From assembly GCA_963707215.1 (NCBI GenBank), contig CAVPPB010000002.1:32001-96000 (forward strand): a stretch of DNA of 64,000 nucleotides, in the 5' to 3' direction. A program made the position numbers and the translations under genes. The notes beneath the pieces are model-generated. The model did no database searches. It saw nothing but the letters and a program-made list of their open reading frames with translations, and was not told where the DNA came from. Positions 1 through 15,763 of this stretch are shown here, one piece after another; position 1 is the stretch's first letter; each line of letters starts with the position of its first letter. The DNA is from an uncultured Chloroflexia bacterium (GTDB taxonomy: Bacteria > Chloroflexota > Limnocylindria > Limnocylindrales > CSP1-4).

Positions 1-365
1 CGGACGCCGAGCGCGAGGAACGGGCCGAGGCGCTTCGTGCCGCCGCCCGGATCGCCGCCGAGGTGCCGCTCCGCTGCGTCGAGACGTGCGTCGAGATCGT
101 CCGGGGCTCCGAGGCCCTGGCGGGCCGGAGCAACGTCAACGCCGCCTCCGACCTGGTCGTCGCGGCACTCCTTGCCGAGGCCGCTGCCCGAGGGGCCGCC
201 GTGAACGTCCTGGTCAACCTGCCGGCGCTGGGCGACGACCAGCTGGCCGGTGAGTTCTCGGCCCGGGTCGACGATCGTCTCGCCGAAGTCGAGCGGCTCG
301 CCGTCGCGACGCGGGAGACGGTCCGCCGCGGTGATACCCGCGCCCCGGTGTCCGAGCCCGCATGA
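1..365 (+). CDS. Formiminotetrahydrofolate cyclodeaminase / cyclohydrolase family protein (FTCD_C-like), 5'-truncated by window edge
   Basis: C-terminal motifs 'VPLRCVE...NVNAASDLVVAALLAEAAARGAAVNVLVNL' typical of FTCD_C; stop overlaps the folD start (ATGA). Confidence 0.85.
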   Translation, partial: DAEREERAEALRAAARIAAEVPLRCVETCVEIVRGSEALAGRSNVNAASDLVVAALLAEAAARGAAVNVLVNLPALGDDQLAGEFSARVDDRLAEVERLAVATRETVRRGDTRAPVSEPA

Positions 366-1312
366 CGGCATCCGGGGACTCGGCGGTCCAGAACGGAGCG
401 GCCCGGCTCCTCCTGGGTGCGCCCATCGCGGCCGACATCCGGGCCGGCGTCGAGGCGGACGTGGCCGGCTTCCGGGAACGCCACGGGCGGGCACCAGGCC
501 TGGCGGTCGTCCTCGTCGGGCGTGACGCGCCGTCGACCGTCTACCTCGAGCAGATCCTCCGCGGCTGCGCCAAGGTCGGGATCGAGGGCCGTTTCGTCGA
601 GGTGGAGCTCGGCGGCGAGGGCGTCGAGGCCAGCGTTGTCCGGGCGATCCGGGAGCTCGGGGACGATCCCGACGTCCACGGCATCATCGTCCAGATGCCG
701 CTGCCGCCCGAGGTCCGCCTCCGGTCGGTGATCGAGGCCATCGATCCCGCCAAGGACATCGATGGGATCCATCCCCTGAATGCCGGACTCCTGCGGCTGG
801 GCTACGACGGCTTCCTTCCGGCCACGGCCCACGCGGCCATCGAGGTCCTCCGCCGCTCGGACATCCCGATGGCCGGCCGCGATGCCGTCGTCATCGGTCG
901 CTCGCCGGTCGTCGGCCAGCCGGCTGCCTTCCTGCTCGTCCGCGAGGACGCAACCGTCACCGTCTGCCACTCGAGGACGCGCGACCTTGCGGCCCACGTC
1001 GGTCGGGCCGACATCGTCGTCGTTGCGGCCGGCCGGCCCGGCCTGGTCACCGGCGCGATGCTCAAGCCGGGTGCGGTCGTGGTCGACGTCGGCATCAACG
1101 TGGTCGAGGGGAAGCTCGTCGGCGACGTCGACTTCGACTCCGCGGTCGAAGTCGCCTCGGCCATCACCCCGGTCCCGGGCGGCGTCGGGCCGCTGACCAA
1201 TGCGCTCCTCCTGTCCCATCTCGTCCGGGCCGCCCTCGCGCAGGTCGAGGGGCGCGGCCCGGCCATCGTCGAATCGGCCGCCCACAGCCCGGCCATGCGA
1301 GGTACCCGATGA
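362..1312 (+). CDS. folD: Bifunctional methylene-THF dehydrogenase / methenyl-THF cyclohydrolase
   Basis: Motifs 'GIIVQMPLP', 'KDIDGIHPLN', 'VIGRSPVVG', 'ITPVPGGVGPLT'. Confidence 0.96.
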   Translation: MTASGDSAVQNGAARLLLGAPIAADIRAGVEADVAGFRERHGRAPGLAVVLVGRDAPSTVYLEQILRGCAKVGIEGRFVEVELGGEGVEASVVRAIRELGDDPDVHGIIVQMPLPPEVRLRSVIEAIDPAKDIDGIHPLNAGLLRLGYDGFLPATAHAAIEVLRRSDIPMAGRDAVVIGRSPVVGQPAAFLLVREDATVTVCHSRTRDLAAHVGRADIVVVAAGRPGLVTGAMLKPGAVVVDVGINVVEGKLVGDVDFDSAVEVASAITPVPGGVGPLTNALLLSHLVRAALAQVEGRGPAIVESAAHSPAMRGTR

Positions 1313-3015
1313 CCTTCCCGTCCGATCTCGAGATCGCCCGTTCCGTGCCCCCCCGCCCCATCGTCGACGTGGCCGCCGAGCTCGGCCTCCGCGACGACGA
1401 GATCGAGCTGTACGGCCCGACCAAGGCCAAGGTGACCCTGGCCGGCGTCGAGCGTGTCGAGGTCGAGCGACCTCGCGGGCGGTACGTCGTCGTCACGGCG
1501 ATCACCCCGACCCCGCTCGGCGAGGGCAAGACGACCACGACGGTCGGGCTCGCCCAGGGCCTGAACCGGATCGGCCGCAAGGCCTCGGTGGCCATCCGCC
1601 AGCCGTCGCTGGGTCCGGTCTTCGGGATCAAGGGCGGGGCGGCCGGCGGCGGCTACTCCCAGATCATCCCGATGGAGGACTTCAACCTCCACCTGACGGG
1701 CGACATCCACGCCATCGGGGCGGCCCACAATCTGGCCTCGGCCTTCCTCGACAACCACCTGCACCACGGCAACCAGCTGGGGATCGATCCCTTCTCGATC
1801 CGTTGGCCGCGGGTCGTCGACATCAGCGACCGGGCCATCCGCAGGGTCGTGATCGGACTCGGGGGCAAGGAGAATGGCGTCCCCCGCGAGTCGGAGTGGG
1901 TCATCACGGTCGCCTCCGAGGTCATGGCCATCCTGGCCCTCTCGAAGGACATCTTCGACCTGCGGGAGCGGCTCGGCCGGATCGTCCTGGCCACCGATCG
2001 CGACGGCAAGGCCGTCACCGCCGAGGATCTCAAGGTCGCCGGCGCGATGACCGTCCTCCTCCGCGACGCCATCAAGCCGAACCTGCTCCAGACCCTCGAG
2101 GGCGGTCCGGCCTACGTCCACTGCGGGCCGTTCGCCAACATCGCCCACGGCAACAGCTCGATCATCGCCGACCGGGTGGCCCTGCAGACGAGCGACATCG
2201 TCGTCACCGAGGCCGGCTTCGGCGCCGACATGGGGGCGGAGAAGTTCTTCGACATCAAGTGCCGGGCCTCGGGGCTCCGTCCCGACGCAGCCGTCGTCGT
2301 GGCCACGATCCGGGCCCTCAAGATGCACGGCGGGGTCGGCCGGATCGTCGCCGGCAAGCCGCTGGACCCGGCCCTGACGACCGAGAACGTCGAGGCGGTC
2401 CGGACCGGCGGCGCCAACCTCGCCGCCCAGGTCGAGCTCGTCCGCTCCTACGGCGTCCCCGTGGTCGTGGCCATCAACGCCTTCCCGACCGACACGGAGG
2501 CCGAGTTCGAGGCGGTCCGCCAGGTCGCTCTCGAGGCTGGCGCGGTGGACGCCGTGGTGACCACCAACTGGGCCGACGGCGGGGCCGGAGCCGAGGCGCT
2601 CGCCGCATCGGTATGGGAGGCGGCGTCCAGCGACGCCGGCGATTTCCGGCTCCTCTACCCGGACGAGCTGCCCCTCCGCGAGAAGATCGAGACGATCGCG
2701 GCGAAGGTCTACGGGGCCGACGGGGTGGACTTCGCGCCAGCAGCGACCAAGGCCCTCGCCGAGTACGAGCGCCTGGGCTACGGGCACCTGCCGGTCTGCG
2801 TGGCCAAGACCCACCTCTCGCTGAGCCACGACCCCAACCTCAAGGGCCGACCGAGCGGCTTCCGCTTCCCGATCCGCGACGTCAAGCTCGCCGCCGGTGC
2901 AGGCTTCATCTACCCGCTCGCGGGCGACATGCGGACGATGCCGGGGCTCCCGTCGAGGCCGGCCGGCGAGAACATCGACATCGACGCCGACGGCAACGTC
3001 GTCGGCCTCTTCTAG
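1309..3015 (+). CDS. fhs: Formate--tetrahydrofolate ligase
   Basis: 'TPTPLGEGKTTT', 'GIKGGAAGGGYSQ', 'GPFANIAHGNSS', 'TEAGFGADMGAEKF', 'MRTMPGLP'; 568 aa. Confidence 0.97.
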   Translation: MTFPSDLEIARSVPPRPIVDVAAELGLRDDEIELYGPTKAKVTLAGVERVEVERPRGRYVVVTAITPTPLGEGKTTTTVGLAQGLNRIGRKASVAIRQPSLGPVFGIKGGAAGGGYSQIIPMEDFNLHLTGDIHAIGAAHNLASAFLDNHLHHGNQLGIDPFSIRWPRVVDISDRAIRRVVIGLGGKENGVPRESEWVITVASEVMAILALSKDIFDLRERLGRIVLATDRDGKAVTAEDLKVAGAMTVLLRDAIKPNLLQTLEGGPAYVHCGPFANIAHGNSSIIADRVALQTSDIVVTEAGFGADMGAEKFFDIKCRASGLRPDAAVVVATIRALKMHGGVGRIVAGKPLDPALTTENVEAVRTGGANLAAQVELVRSYGVPVVVAINAFPTDTEAEFEAVRQVALEAGAVDAVVTTNWADGGAGAEALAASVWEAASSDAGDFRLLYPDELPLREKIETIAAKVYGADGVDFAPAATKALAEYERLGYGHLPVCVAKTHLSLSHDPNLKGRPSGFRFPIRDVKLAAGAGFIYPLAGDMRTMPGLPSRPAGENIDIDADGNVVGLF

Positions 3016-3055
3016 CACGCGCGGCCCGGCGCCCGGGCCGCGCACCAGCACGACG

Positions 3056-4324
3056 ATGACGGGGCCGTCCGACCTCCGCCCGATCGGCCGCGGGGACGCG
3101 ATCCGGCTGTTCGCCGGCCGGACCCTGCGGATGGTCGCCTACGGCGGGCTCGCCGTCGTCCTGGTCGTCTATCTCGACCGGATCGGGCTCGATGCCGCCA
3201 CCATCGGCGTCCTCCTGACCCTGACCCTGCTCGGCGACACGGCCATCTCGCTCTGGCTCACCACGAACGCGGATCGCGTCGGTCGACGGCGGGTCCTGGT
3301 CGTCGGGTCGCTGCTGATGGCCGGCGCGGCCCTCGTCTTCGCGGCGACCGACCTGGCGCCGCTCCTGCTGGTCGCCGCCACGATCGGCGTGATGAGCCCC
3401 AGCGGCAAGGAGGTCGGGCCGTTCCTGGCCGTCGAGCAGGCGTCCCTCACCCGCCTGGTCCCCGATGCCCGACGGACGTCCGTGTTCGCCTGGTACAACC
3501 TCGTGGGATCGGTCGCCGTCGCGATCGGCGCGCTGCTGGCCGGGCTGGCCGTCCAGCAGCTGCTCGCCCTGGGCGTGACCGACGTCGACGCCGAGCGGGC
3601 CGTCGTCGTCGGCTACGGCGCCGTCGGGCTGCTCATGGCCCTCGTGTTCCTCGGCCTGTCCGACGGCATCGAGGTCCCCCACCCGGAGCGGACCAGCGTC
3701 GCCACCCGGCTGGGGCTTCACCGGTCACGCCGGGTCGTCTTCCAGCTGTCCGGCCTCTTCGCCCTCGACGCGTTCGCCGGCGGCTTCGTCATGGACAGCC
3801 TGGTGGCCTTCTGGCTTGTGCAGCGGTTCGGCCTGGAGCCGGCCCTCATCGGCGCGGTCTTCTTCGCGGCCAACCTGCTGGCGGCCGTCTCGGCCCTGGC
3901 GGCGGTGTGGATCGCCCGGCGGATCGGGCTGATCCGGACCATGGTCTACACCCACCTGCCGTCGAACGTGCTCCTGATCCTCGTCCCGCTCATGCCGGTG
4001 GCGCCCCTGGCCGTCCTCATGCTGCTGGCCCGGGCCTCGATCAGCCAGATGGACGTGCCGACGCGGCAGTCGTACACGATGGCCGTCGTCGCTCCCGACG
4101 AACGGTCTGCTGCCGCCGGTGTCACCGGCATCGCCCGGACCACCGGCCAGGCCGCCGCCCCGCTCGTGGCGGCGCCGCTCATCGCGTCGGCCGGGTTGGC
4201 GGGTCTGCCGTTCGTCATCGCCGGCAGCCTGAAGATCGTCTACGACCTCAGCCTGTGGGCGCTGTTCCGGGCCCGCCCGGCTCCCGAGGAGGTCGCTGGC
4301 GAGGGCCGGGGACGATCCGCCTAG
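3056..4324 (+). CDS. MFS transporter
   Basis: About 12 hydrophobic segments, MFS motif A 'ADRVGRRRVL', 'SQMDVPTRQSY'; start taken at ATG 3056. Confidence 0.88.
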   Translation: MTGPSDLRPIGRGDAIRLFAGRTLRMVAYGGLAVVLVVYLDRIGLDAATIGVLLTLTLLGDTAISLWLTTNADRVGRRRVLVVGSLLMAGAALVFAATDLAPLLLVAATIGVMSPSGKEVGPFLAVEQASLTRLVPDARRTSVFAWYNLVGSVAVAIGALLAGLAVQQLLALGVTDVDAERAVVVGYGAVGLLMALVFLGLSDGIEVPHPERTSVATRLGLHRSRRVVFQLSGLFALDAFAGGFVMDSLVAFWLVQRFGLEPALIGAVFFAANLLAAVSALAAVWIARRIGLIRTMVYTHLPSNVLLILVPLMPVAPLAVLMLLARASISQMDVPTRQSYTMAVVAPDERSAAAGVTGIARTTGQAAAPLVAAPLIASAGLAGLPFVIAGSLKIVYDLSLWALFRARPAPEEVAGEGRGRSA

Positions 4325-4339
4325 GCGGGTCCGCGGCGG

Positions 4340-4663
4340 TCAGATCAGGCCGTCGGCGACCGCGAAGGCGGCGACGACCGCGGCTGCGGCCGCCACCCCG
4401 ACGACGCTCGCCGCCCAGGCCCGCAGGTCGATCGGCCCGAGGGGTTCCTCGTCATCGTGGCCACCGTGGCCGTCGTGCGCGTCGTGGTCGGCGTCCGCGT
4501 GCGCTCCCTCGTGACCGGCACCGGGCTGATGGTCGTCAGGATGGGCTGCCGCCGCCGCCTCGGCCTCGGCGACCTCGGTCGCCGCTTCCTGGGCCGCGGC
4601 CGCCTCGGCCTCGCCGGCGGTGAGGGGCTGGGCGGGGTCCCTGGGGTCGCCTGCGTCGCTCAT
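4340..4663 (-). CDS. Small acidic/His-rich protein with C-terminal transmembrane helix
   Basis: 'HPDDHQPGAGHEGAHADADHDAHDGHGGHDDEEPLGPIDLRAWAASVVGV...'; upstream GACAAT -10-like hexamer and GGAGG; start uncertain (4663 or 4690). Confidence 0.6.
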   Translation of the reverse strand: MSDAGDPRDPAQPLTAGEAEAAAAQEAATEVAEAEAAAAAHPDDHQPGAGHEGAHADADHDAHDGHGGHDDEEPLGPIDLRAWAASVVGVAAAAAVVAAFAVADGLI

Positions 4664-4773
4664 CGTGGGGTCATCCACCTCCGCCGGCATTGTCGCACGG
4701 CCGGCGGCGGCGGCGTCCCCCGGTGCCCGGCCCGCGGCGACTCCCCGGGCCGCGGCGGCCCCCCGGTCGAGCG

Positions 4774-5516
4774 TCAGCCCTTTGGCGTGGGACCGGCGTC
4801 GGCGACCGAGCTCGCCTCGGCGCTCGAGCCGGTCTCGGCGCTCGGCCGGCCGACCTTCGCTCGGACCCGGGCCCAGCCCGGATGCCCCAGCTGCCACCAG
4901 ATGAAGGCGAGCACCCCGAGGGCAAGGATGCCCAGGACGAGGTACTCGAAGCGGCTCAGCCAGGCGCCGATGACCCCCCAGTTGTCGCCGAGGAGGTAGC
5001 CGGCGCCGACGAGCAGGGCCGTCCACGGCAACGAGCCGAGGAAGGTGAAGACCACGAACGGCAGCAGCGGCATCCGGGCGATACCGGCGGCGAACGAGAT
5101 GAGCGAGCGGACGACCGGCACCATCCGGCCGAAGAAGGCGGCCACGGAGCCGTAGCGGTCGAACCAGGCCTCCGTCTTGGCCAGGTCCTCCGGGTCGATG
5201 AGCAGGTAGCGGCCCCAGCGCACGAGGAGCGGTCGTCCGCCGTAGAAGCCGATCGCGTAGGCGACGAGGGCGCCGAGCGTGGCCCCGACCGTCCCGGCGA
5301 GGATCGTCAGCCAGATGGTTCCAGGGCGAGCCGGTCAGTGGCTCGATGTTCTCGGGGAAGGCGGTCAGGAAGCCGGCGAACGGCAGGACCAGCTCCGAGG
5401 GGATCGGGATGATGACGCTCTCGATCGGCCACCCAGAGGGCCACCCCGAGGTAGCCGACGGCGTTGTAGACAGAGGTCACGAGCTCGCGGACGGGCCCGT
5501 CGAGGAAGTCGAACAC
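4774..5516 (-). CDS. DedA family membrane protein (apparent indels near 5330-5430)
   Basis: N-part 'MFDFLDGPVRELVTSVYNAVGYLGVALWVA..ESVIIPIPSELVLPFAGFL', C-part 'FFGRMVPVVRSLISFAAGIARM'; frames must be joined. Confidence 0.88.
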
Positions 5517-5559
5517 GGGCGGAGTCTACCGGCCTTCCCCGCGCCGTATGCTGGACCCG

Positions 5560-7278
5560 ATGTCCGAGTCGTCGAGCCAGGGGTCCCATCCGTCCGGGCC
5601 GCATCACGAACCGCGCCGATCCCGGCGATGGGCCATCGTGCGTCCGCCACCCGGCTGGCGACGGCGTCCTCGGCCGTCGTCCTGACCGGCGCCGACCTCT
5701 GGGTCGCCGACGTCGAGGCCGTCGCCCGGCACGGCGTCCCGGTCGCCCTCGACATCCACGCCCGGGCCCGGATGCAGGAGGCCCGCGACGTCATCGTCCG
5801 CCTCGTCGAGACCGGCGAGGTGGTCTACGGCGTGACGACCGGGTTCGGGTCGCTCGCCGATCGGACGATCGAGGCGTCCGATGCCGCCCTGCTCCAGGAG
5901 CACCTCCTGGTCAGTCACGCCGCCGGCGTCGGGCGGCCGTTCCCCCGCGAGGTCGTCCGGGCGATGCTCGTCCTGCGGGCCAACACCCTGGCCCTGGGGC
6001 ACTCCGGCTGCCGCCCCGAACTCGTCGACCGCATCTGCCGGTTCCTGGAGCTGGGGCTCCACCCGGTCGTCCCCGAGCAGGGCAGCGTCGGGGCGTCGGG
6101 CGACCTCGCACCGCTCGCCCACCTGGCCCTGCCGATGATCGGTCGTGGCGAGGTCGAGCTCGGGCGGCCACGTCATGCCGGCGCTGCTCGCCCTCAGGGA
6201 GGTCGGCCTCGAGCCGCTGGCCCTGGAGCCCAAGGAGGGGCTGGCGCTGCTGAACGGGACCCAGCTCATGGGCGCCCTGGCGGCCCTCCTGGCCGCCGAC
6301 GCGGAGCGCCTGGTCCGGACCGCCAGCGTGGCCGCGGCCATGAGCGTGGAGGCGCTGCTCGGAACCGAGGTCGCCTACGCCGCGCCGTACCAGCTGGCTC
6401 GACCCCATCCCGGCCAGGTCGAGACGGCGGGCGAGCTGCGCTGGCTGCTCCGGGGCTCGGGGCTCCAGGCGAGCCACCACGGCCGTGCCCACAAGGTCCA
6501 GGACCCGTACTCGCTGCGCTGCGTTCCCCAGGTCCACGGGGCCGTCCGGGATGCCCTCGGTCACCTGGACCGGGTCCTGGAGATCGAGCTCAACAGTGCG
6601 ACCGACAACCCACTGGTCTTCCCGGGGGGCGGCGCGGCGCCAGACGGAACCATCGCCACCGGCGGCGGTCGTGTCATCAGCGGCGGCAACTTCCACGGCG
6701 AGCCGATCGCCCTCGCCATCGACTTCGCCAAGCTGGCCCTGGCCGAGCTCGGATCGATCTCGGAGCGGCGCACCGCGCTGCTTCTCGACCCCAGCCTCAA
6801 TGGCGGCCTTCCCCCGTTCCTGGCAGGCCGCTCGGGGCTCGATTCCGGGCTGATGCTCGTCCAGTACACCGCGGCCGCGCTCGCCTCGGAGGACAAGGTC
6901 CTGGCGCACCCGTCGTCGGCCGACTCGATCCCCACGAGCGCGAACCAGGAGGACCACGTCTCCATGGGGGCGACGGCCGGCCGGCACGCGAGGACCGTCC
7001 TCGAGAACGTCCAGCGGATCGTCGCGATCGAGCTCCTTTGCGCCGCCCAGGCGCTCGACCTGCGGATCGAGGCGCTCGCCGACGAGGCGTCGGGCTCGCC
7101 TGGCCCTGCCCCGGGGGAGGGGGTCGCCGAGGCACATCGCCGCATCCGGGCCGTCGTCCCACGGCTGGCCGGCGACCGCGAGCCTGGGCCGGACATGGCG
7201 GCCCTGACCGAGCTGGTCGTCGGTGGCTCGCTCGCCGACCTCGCGGGGCCCGGGCGGGAGACGATCGCGGGCGGCTGA
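5560..7278 (+). CDS. hutH: Histidine ammonia-lyase (indel near 6160-6175; start uncertain)
   Basis: 'VYGVTTGFG', MIO-forming 'GSVGASGDLAPL', 'KEGLALLNGTQ', 'VQDPYSLRCVPQVHG', 'SANQEDHVSMG'; TATGCT 7 nt before ATG 5560. Confidence 0.93.
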
Positions 7279-7327
7279 CGCGGGCGGCTGACGCGGGCGA
7301 TCGATCCTTCGCGACCGCCGGTCGGTC

Positions 7328-7840
7328 TCAGCCGAAGCCGAACCGGCGGCGCGGCTGGCGGCCCATCGACGACGAGGGCTTCGTCGTGCGGAAGCCGGTC
7401 CGTCGAAGCGTCTGGTCGATCTCCTCGACGAAGGGCCGCCCCTCAGGGCGGAGCTCGAGCCAGTCGAGATAGCCGGGGTCCACGCGGGCGATCTCGCCGA
7501 TCGACCAGCCCTTGTGGCGCCCGAAGGTCAGGACGCTGCCGCTCGGTCGGCCGGGCGGTGGGCCGGCGGCACCGACCCAGGACGGCTCGCGGCCGGCCGG
7601 CCGGCTGGAGCGCGGGTCGGCGGCCTCGGCGGCACGGGCCCGGTCCCAGGCAGCTCGTCGGCCAGGATCGCCAAGGACCTCCCAGGCGGCGTTGATCTCG
7701 CTCATCCGGTAGTGGCCGGCGGTGCCGGCGCGGTCCGGGTGGAAGCGACGGGCAAGGGCGCGATAGGCCGACCGGATCGCCTCCTGGTCGGCATCCGGGG
7801 CAACCCTAAGCACGTCGTACGGGTCGCGCGCCTCGATCAT
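7328..7840 (-). CDS. J-domain (DnaJ-like) protein with small C-terminal 'FGRHKG...DPGYLDWL' domain
   Basis: 'DPYDVL...[15 protein letters not shown]...[11 protein letters not shown]' with intact HPD; C-terminal motif resembles the DUF3820 / ExoX C-terminal type. Confidence 0.85.
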   Translation of the reverse strand: MIEARDPYDVLRVAPDADQEAIRSAYRALARRFHPDRAGTAGHYRMSEINAAWEVLGDPGRRAAWDRARAAEAADPRSSRPAGREPSWVGAAGPPPGRPSGSVLTFGRHKGWSIGEIARVDPGYLDWLELRPEGRPFVEEIDQTLRRTGFRTTKPSSSMGRQPRRRFGFG

Positions 7841-7949
7841 CCTCGTCCCCTGGTCGCGGTCGCCCGGTCAGGCTTGGGCCCAAGGGTAGTGGCGGCGTCA
7901 ACGGGCTCGGCCATGACATCCGTACTGGTCGGACCCGTACACTCGGGGC

Positions 7950-8714
7950 ATGCCCGCCGTCCGCATCGTCGACGTCATCGACGAGGCCTCGTTCGACCTG
8001 GTCCCGCCCTGTGCCGACGCCGGCTTCGACCACCGGACCTGTGACCACTGGGAGGACGCCGACCGGGGCTCCAAGGCCGCCCGCGCTGCCTGGCTCGAGC
8101 CGAGCGCGACACCGCCCGTCGCGCCCGCGACCCGGCCGTCCAACCCGTTCCTGGCCGACCTCGAGGATGCTGCGCCGAACCCGTTCGCCCCGGCGGGCGC
8201 GGCGCCCTCGAACCCCTTCGCTCCCTCGGGCGATGCCCTCGACGACAACCCGTTCGCGCCGCGACGGCCGACGGGGCCGAAGCTGGATCGCGACGCCCCG
8301 CGCAAGCTTCGGCTGCTCACCCGGGGGCTCGCGGTCTTCGGCAGCTACGCCAAGGTCCTGCTCCTCGACGACGAGCCCGTCGCCTATGCCCAGTTCGGGC
8401 CGCTGTCGGCGTACCCGCGGGCCCTGCACCTACGCGAGCTGTACCCGCAGCTGCCCGAGGCACCCCTGCCGGCGGTCATCACCTGCATCGCGACCACCGC
8501 CGGGACCCGGGGGGAGGGCCACGGCACACGACTCGTCGAGGCCGTTTGCGGCGATCTCGAGGGGCGCGGCTTCAGCGCCGTCGAGGCCTACCCGGAGGTC
8601 GGCGCTCTGGCCGATGCCACGAGTGCAGCCACGGTGGCCTTCTGGCTGGCCTGTGGGTTCGCCGTCGCCGTCGACGACCAGCGATTCCCGGTGGTCCGCC
8701 GCGAGCTCGGCTGA
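7950..8714 (+). CDS. GNAT family acetyltransferase (YoaP-like) with NPF-repeat insertion
   Basis: Acetyl-CoA loop '[10 protein letters not shown]', 'AYAQFGP', 'AVITCI', 'AVEAYP', 'FWLACGF'; TACACT 6 nt before ATG. Confidence 0.75.
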   Translation: MPAVRIVDVIDEASFDLVPPCADAGFDHRTCDHWEDADRGSKAARAAWLEPSATPPVAPATRPSNPFLADLEDAAPNPFAPAGAAPSNPFAPSGDALDDNPFAPRRPTGPKLDRDAPRKLRLLTRGLAVFGSYAKVLLLDDEPVAYAQFGPLSAYPRALHLRELYPQLPEAPLPAVITCIATTAGTRGEGHGTRLVEAVCGDLEGRGFSAVEAYPEVGALADATSAATVAFWLACGFAVAVDDQRFPVVRRELG

Positions 8715-8814
8715 GCCGATCGCCCTGGCGTACCAAGCCGACCGCCCGAGGCTCTCGAGGGGTGACGGGCGCGATGCCGCGGAGCACACTGGAGCCCCGA
8801 GCCGGAGGACGACG

Positions 8815-10525
<1,711 letters not shown>

Positions 10526-10754
10526 TCCGGGCGACCCGATCGCCCCGCCGTGGTGCGTCGGCGCACCGCTCCTGCGGTCCCGGTCGCCCGGCGCCTCGAT
10601 CCGCGGTCCGAACCGTGGTCACGAGGCTTCACCGGCGCTTATCCCGGCGTTACTCTGGCGTAGGCCGAGCGGGCCGAGCCTGATCCCGGGCGGGCTGCCG
10701 GACGATTCGGTGGCCGCCGCGCCCGCTGCGCCGATGCGTCCGGAGGTGTCCACC

Positions 10755-14103
<3,349 letters not shown>

Positions 14104-14160
14104 CAGACCGGCTGACGACCGCGATCAAGGCCGCTGGGCATCAGCCCAGCGGCCTTCCGT

Positions 14161-15582
14161 CTAGGGCTCGGGCTCGTCGGTCTCGACGAGCACCGGCTCT
14201 GCCGGGCCGAGCGGGGTCGCGATGGGCTCGGGCGGCTCGAGCTCGCGGGGCCCGTGCCCCGGCGGCGCCGCTCCACCCGGTCCGCTCGGCTCGCCGACGT
14301 CCTCGGGCCCGCGCGGCATCTCGCGGATCGTCCGGACGGGTGTGAGCACCAGCGGCAGGATGGCGAAGCTGGCGCCGATCCCGCCGAGGAGGATGACCGG
14401 TCGCAGGCCGACCCCGGCGTCGGTCAGGCCCTGGGCGATGAGGCCGCCGACGATCTGCCCGATCGGGATCGTGCCCCACACGATGAAGCGCATCGTCGCG
14501 TTCATCCGGCCCTGGAGCCGTTCCGGGGTGATCGCCTGGCGGAAGCTCACCTGGTTGACGTTGTAGACGACCGACGAGAAGCCGGTGAGCATGCCCGAGG
14601 CGACCAGGAACGGGAACGCCACGTCCGCCGGCGCGAGGGCGACGAGGAAGAGGGCCGGTGCGCTGACGGCCATGGAGACCACGATCGCGGGACCGACGCC
14701 GAGGCGACGCGAGAACCGGCCGGCCGTCAGGGCCCCGACGATGGCCCCGATGTTGCCGAGGCCGAAGGCTACGCCGATGGCGCCGGCTCCCAAGCCGAGC
14801 TCGCGGACCAGGAAGACCAGGAGCGTCGCGAACCCGATGCTGGTGAAGAGGTTGGAGATCCCGGTCGAGGCTGCGATGCCGCGCAGGTAGCGGTTGCCGA
14901 GCACGTAGCGCAGGCCGGCCGCCACCTCCGAGCGCATGCTGCCCCGCGGGCGACCGTGCTCGTCGGTGTGGCGGTCCGGGGTCGGTTCCTCGCGGCGGAT
15001 CAGCAGGACGAAGATGCCGGACCAGGCGAAGCTGACCGCATCGAGGAGGATGGCCAGCGGCGCCCGCAGCACCTGGATGATCACGCCGGCGATCGCGGGG
15101 CCGGCCGCCTGGGCGACCGTCCGGCTGATCTCGAGCTTCGAGTTGGCCTCCACGAGCTGGTCCCGGTCGACGAGCGAGGGGACGTAGGCCTGGTACGAGA
15201 TGTCGAAGAGGACGGTCAGGGTGCCGACCAAGAACCCGACGACGTAGAGCTGCCAGATCGTCAGCCCACCGAGGGCGAAGGCCACCGGGATCGAGCCCAG
15301 GGCGAGGGCCCGGCCGACGTCGCCGGCGATGAGGATCGGGCGTCGGCGGAGGCGGTCGATCCAGGCCCCGGCCGGCAGGCTGAAGAGGATGAAGGGGAGG
15401 AACTCGATCGTGCTCAGGAGCGCCACCTCGAACGGTGACGCCTCGAGGATGTTGATGGCGACCAGAGGCAGGGCCAGCAGGCTGATCTGCGAGCCGAACT
15501 GGCTGATCGTCTCGGCCGACCAGAACTTCAGGAAGTCGGCGTGGCGCCAGAGGCTGCGGGTCGGGGCCGGGACACCGGACAT
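14161..15582 (-). CDS. MFS transporter (MFS_3 / DHA3-like)
   Basis: 'DFLKFWSAETISQFGSQIS', 'AGAWIDRLRRRPILIAGD', 'QAITPERLQGRMNA'; about 12 TM. Confidence 0.9.
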   Translation of the reverse strand: MSGVPAPTRSLWRHADFLKFWSAETISQFGSQISLLALPLVAINILEASPFEVALLSTIEFLPFILFSLPAGAWIDRLRRRPILIAGDVGRALALGSIPVAFALGGLTIWQLYVVGFLVGTLTVLFDISYQAYVPSLVDRDQLVEANSKLEISRTVAQAAGPAIAGVIIQVLRAPLAILLDAVSFAWSGIFVLLIRREEPTPDRHTDEHGRPRGSMRSEVAAGLRYVLGNRYLRGIAASTGISNLFTSIGFATLLVFLVRELGLGAGAIGVAFGLGNIGAIVGALTAGRFSRRLGVGPAIVVSMAVSAPALFLVALAPADVAFPFLVASGMLTGFSSVVYNVNQVSFRQAITPERLQGRMNATMRFIVWGTIPIGQIVGGLIAQGLTDAGVGLRPVILLGGIGASFAILPLVLTPVRTIREMPRGPEDVGEPSGPGGAAPPGHGPRELEPPEPIATPLGPAEPVLVETDEPEP

Positions 15583-15763
15583 GGTCACGGGAGCTCCGCG
15601 AGGGCCAGCGGCGGCGGCGTCGGGCGTCGTCGGTGACCCGGCGGAGTCTAGCGCGGGGGAAGTCCAGCCCGCCGGGGGGCGCTGACAGGAGCGGGAGGCG
15701 ACGCGCCGTGAACCCGCGCCGGATGCCACCCCCGGGACCCATCGACCTGTCACGATATGGACG

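Noticed and set aside
802-3051. 749-aa minus-strand ORF, and similar long antisense ORFs (25314-29498, 12592-13743, 49960-51906)
   Set aside because: Shadow frames of well-supported GC3-rich genes on the opposite strand; no recognisable motifs.
7266-7299. 13-bp direct repeat CGCGGGCGGCTGA at the hutH stop
   Set aside because: About 2.6 copies of a GC-rich unit; likely local slippage with no evident function.
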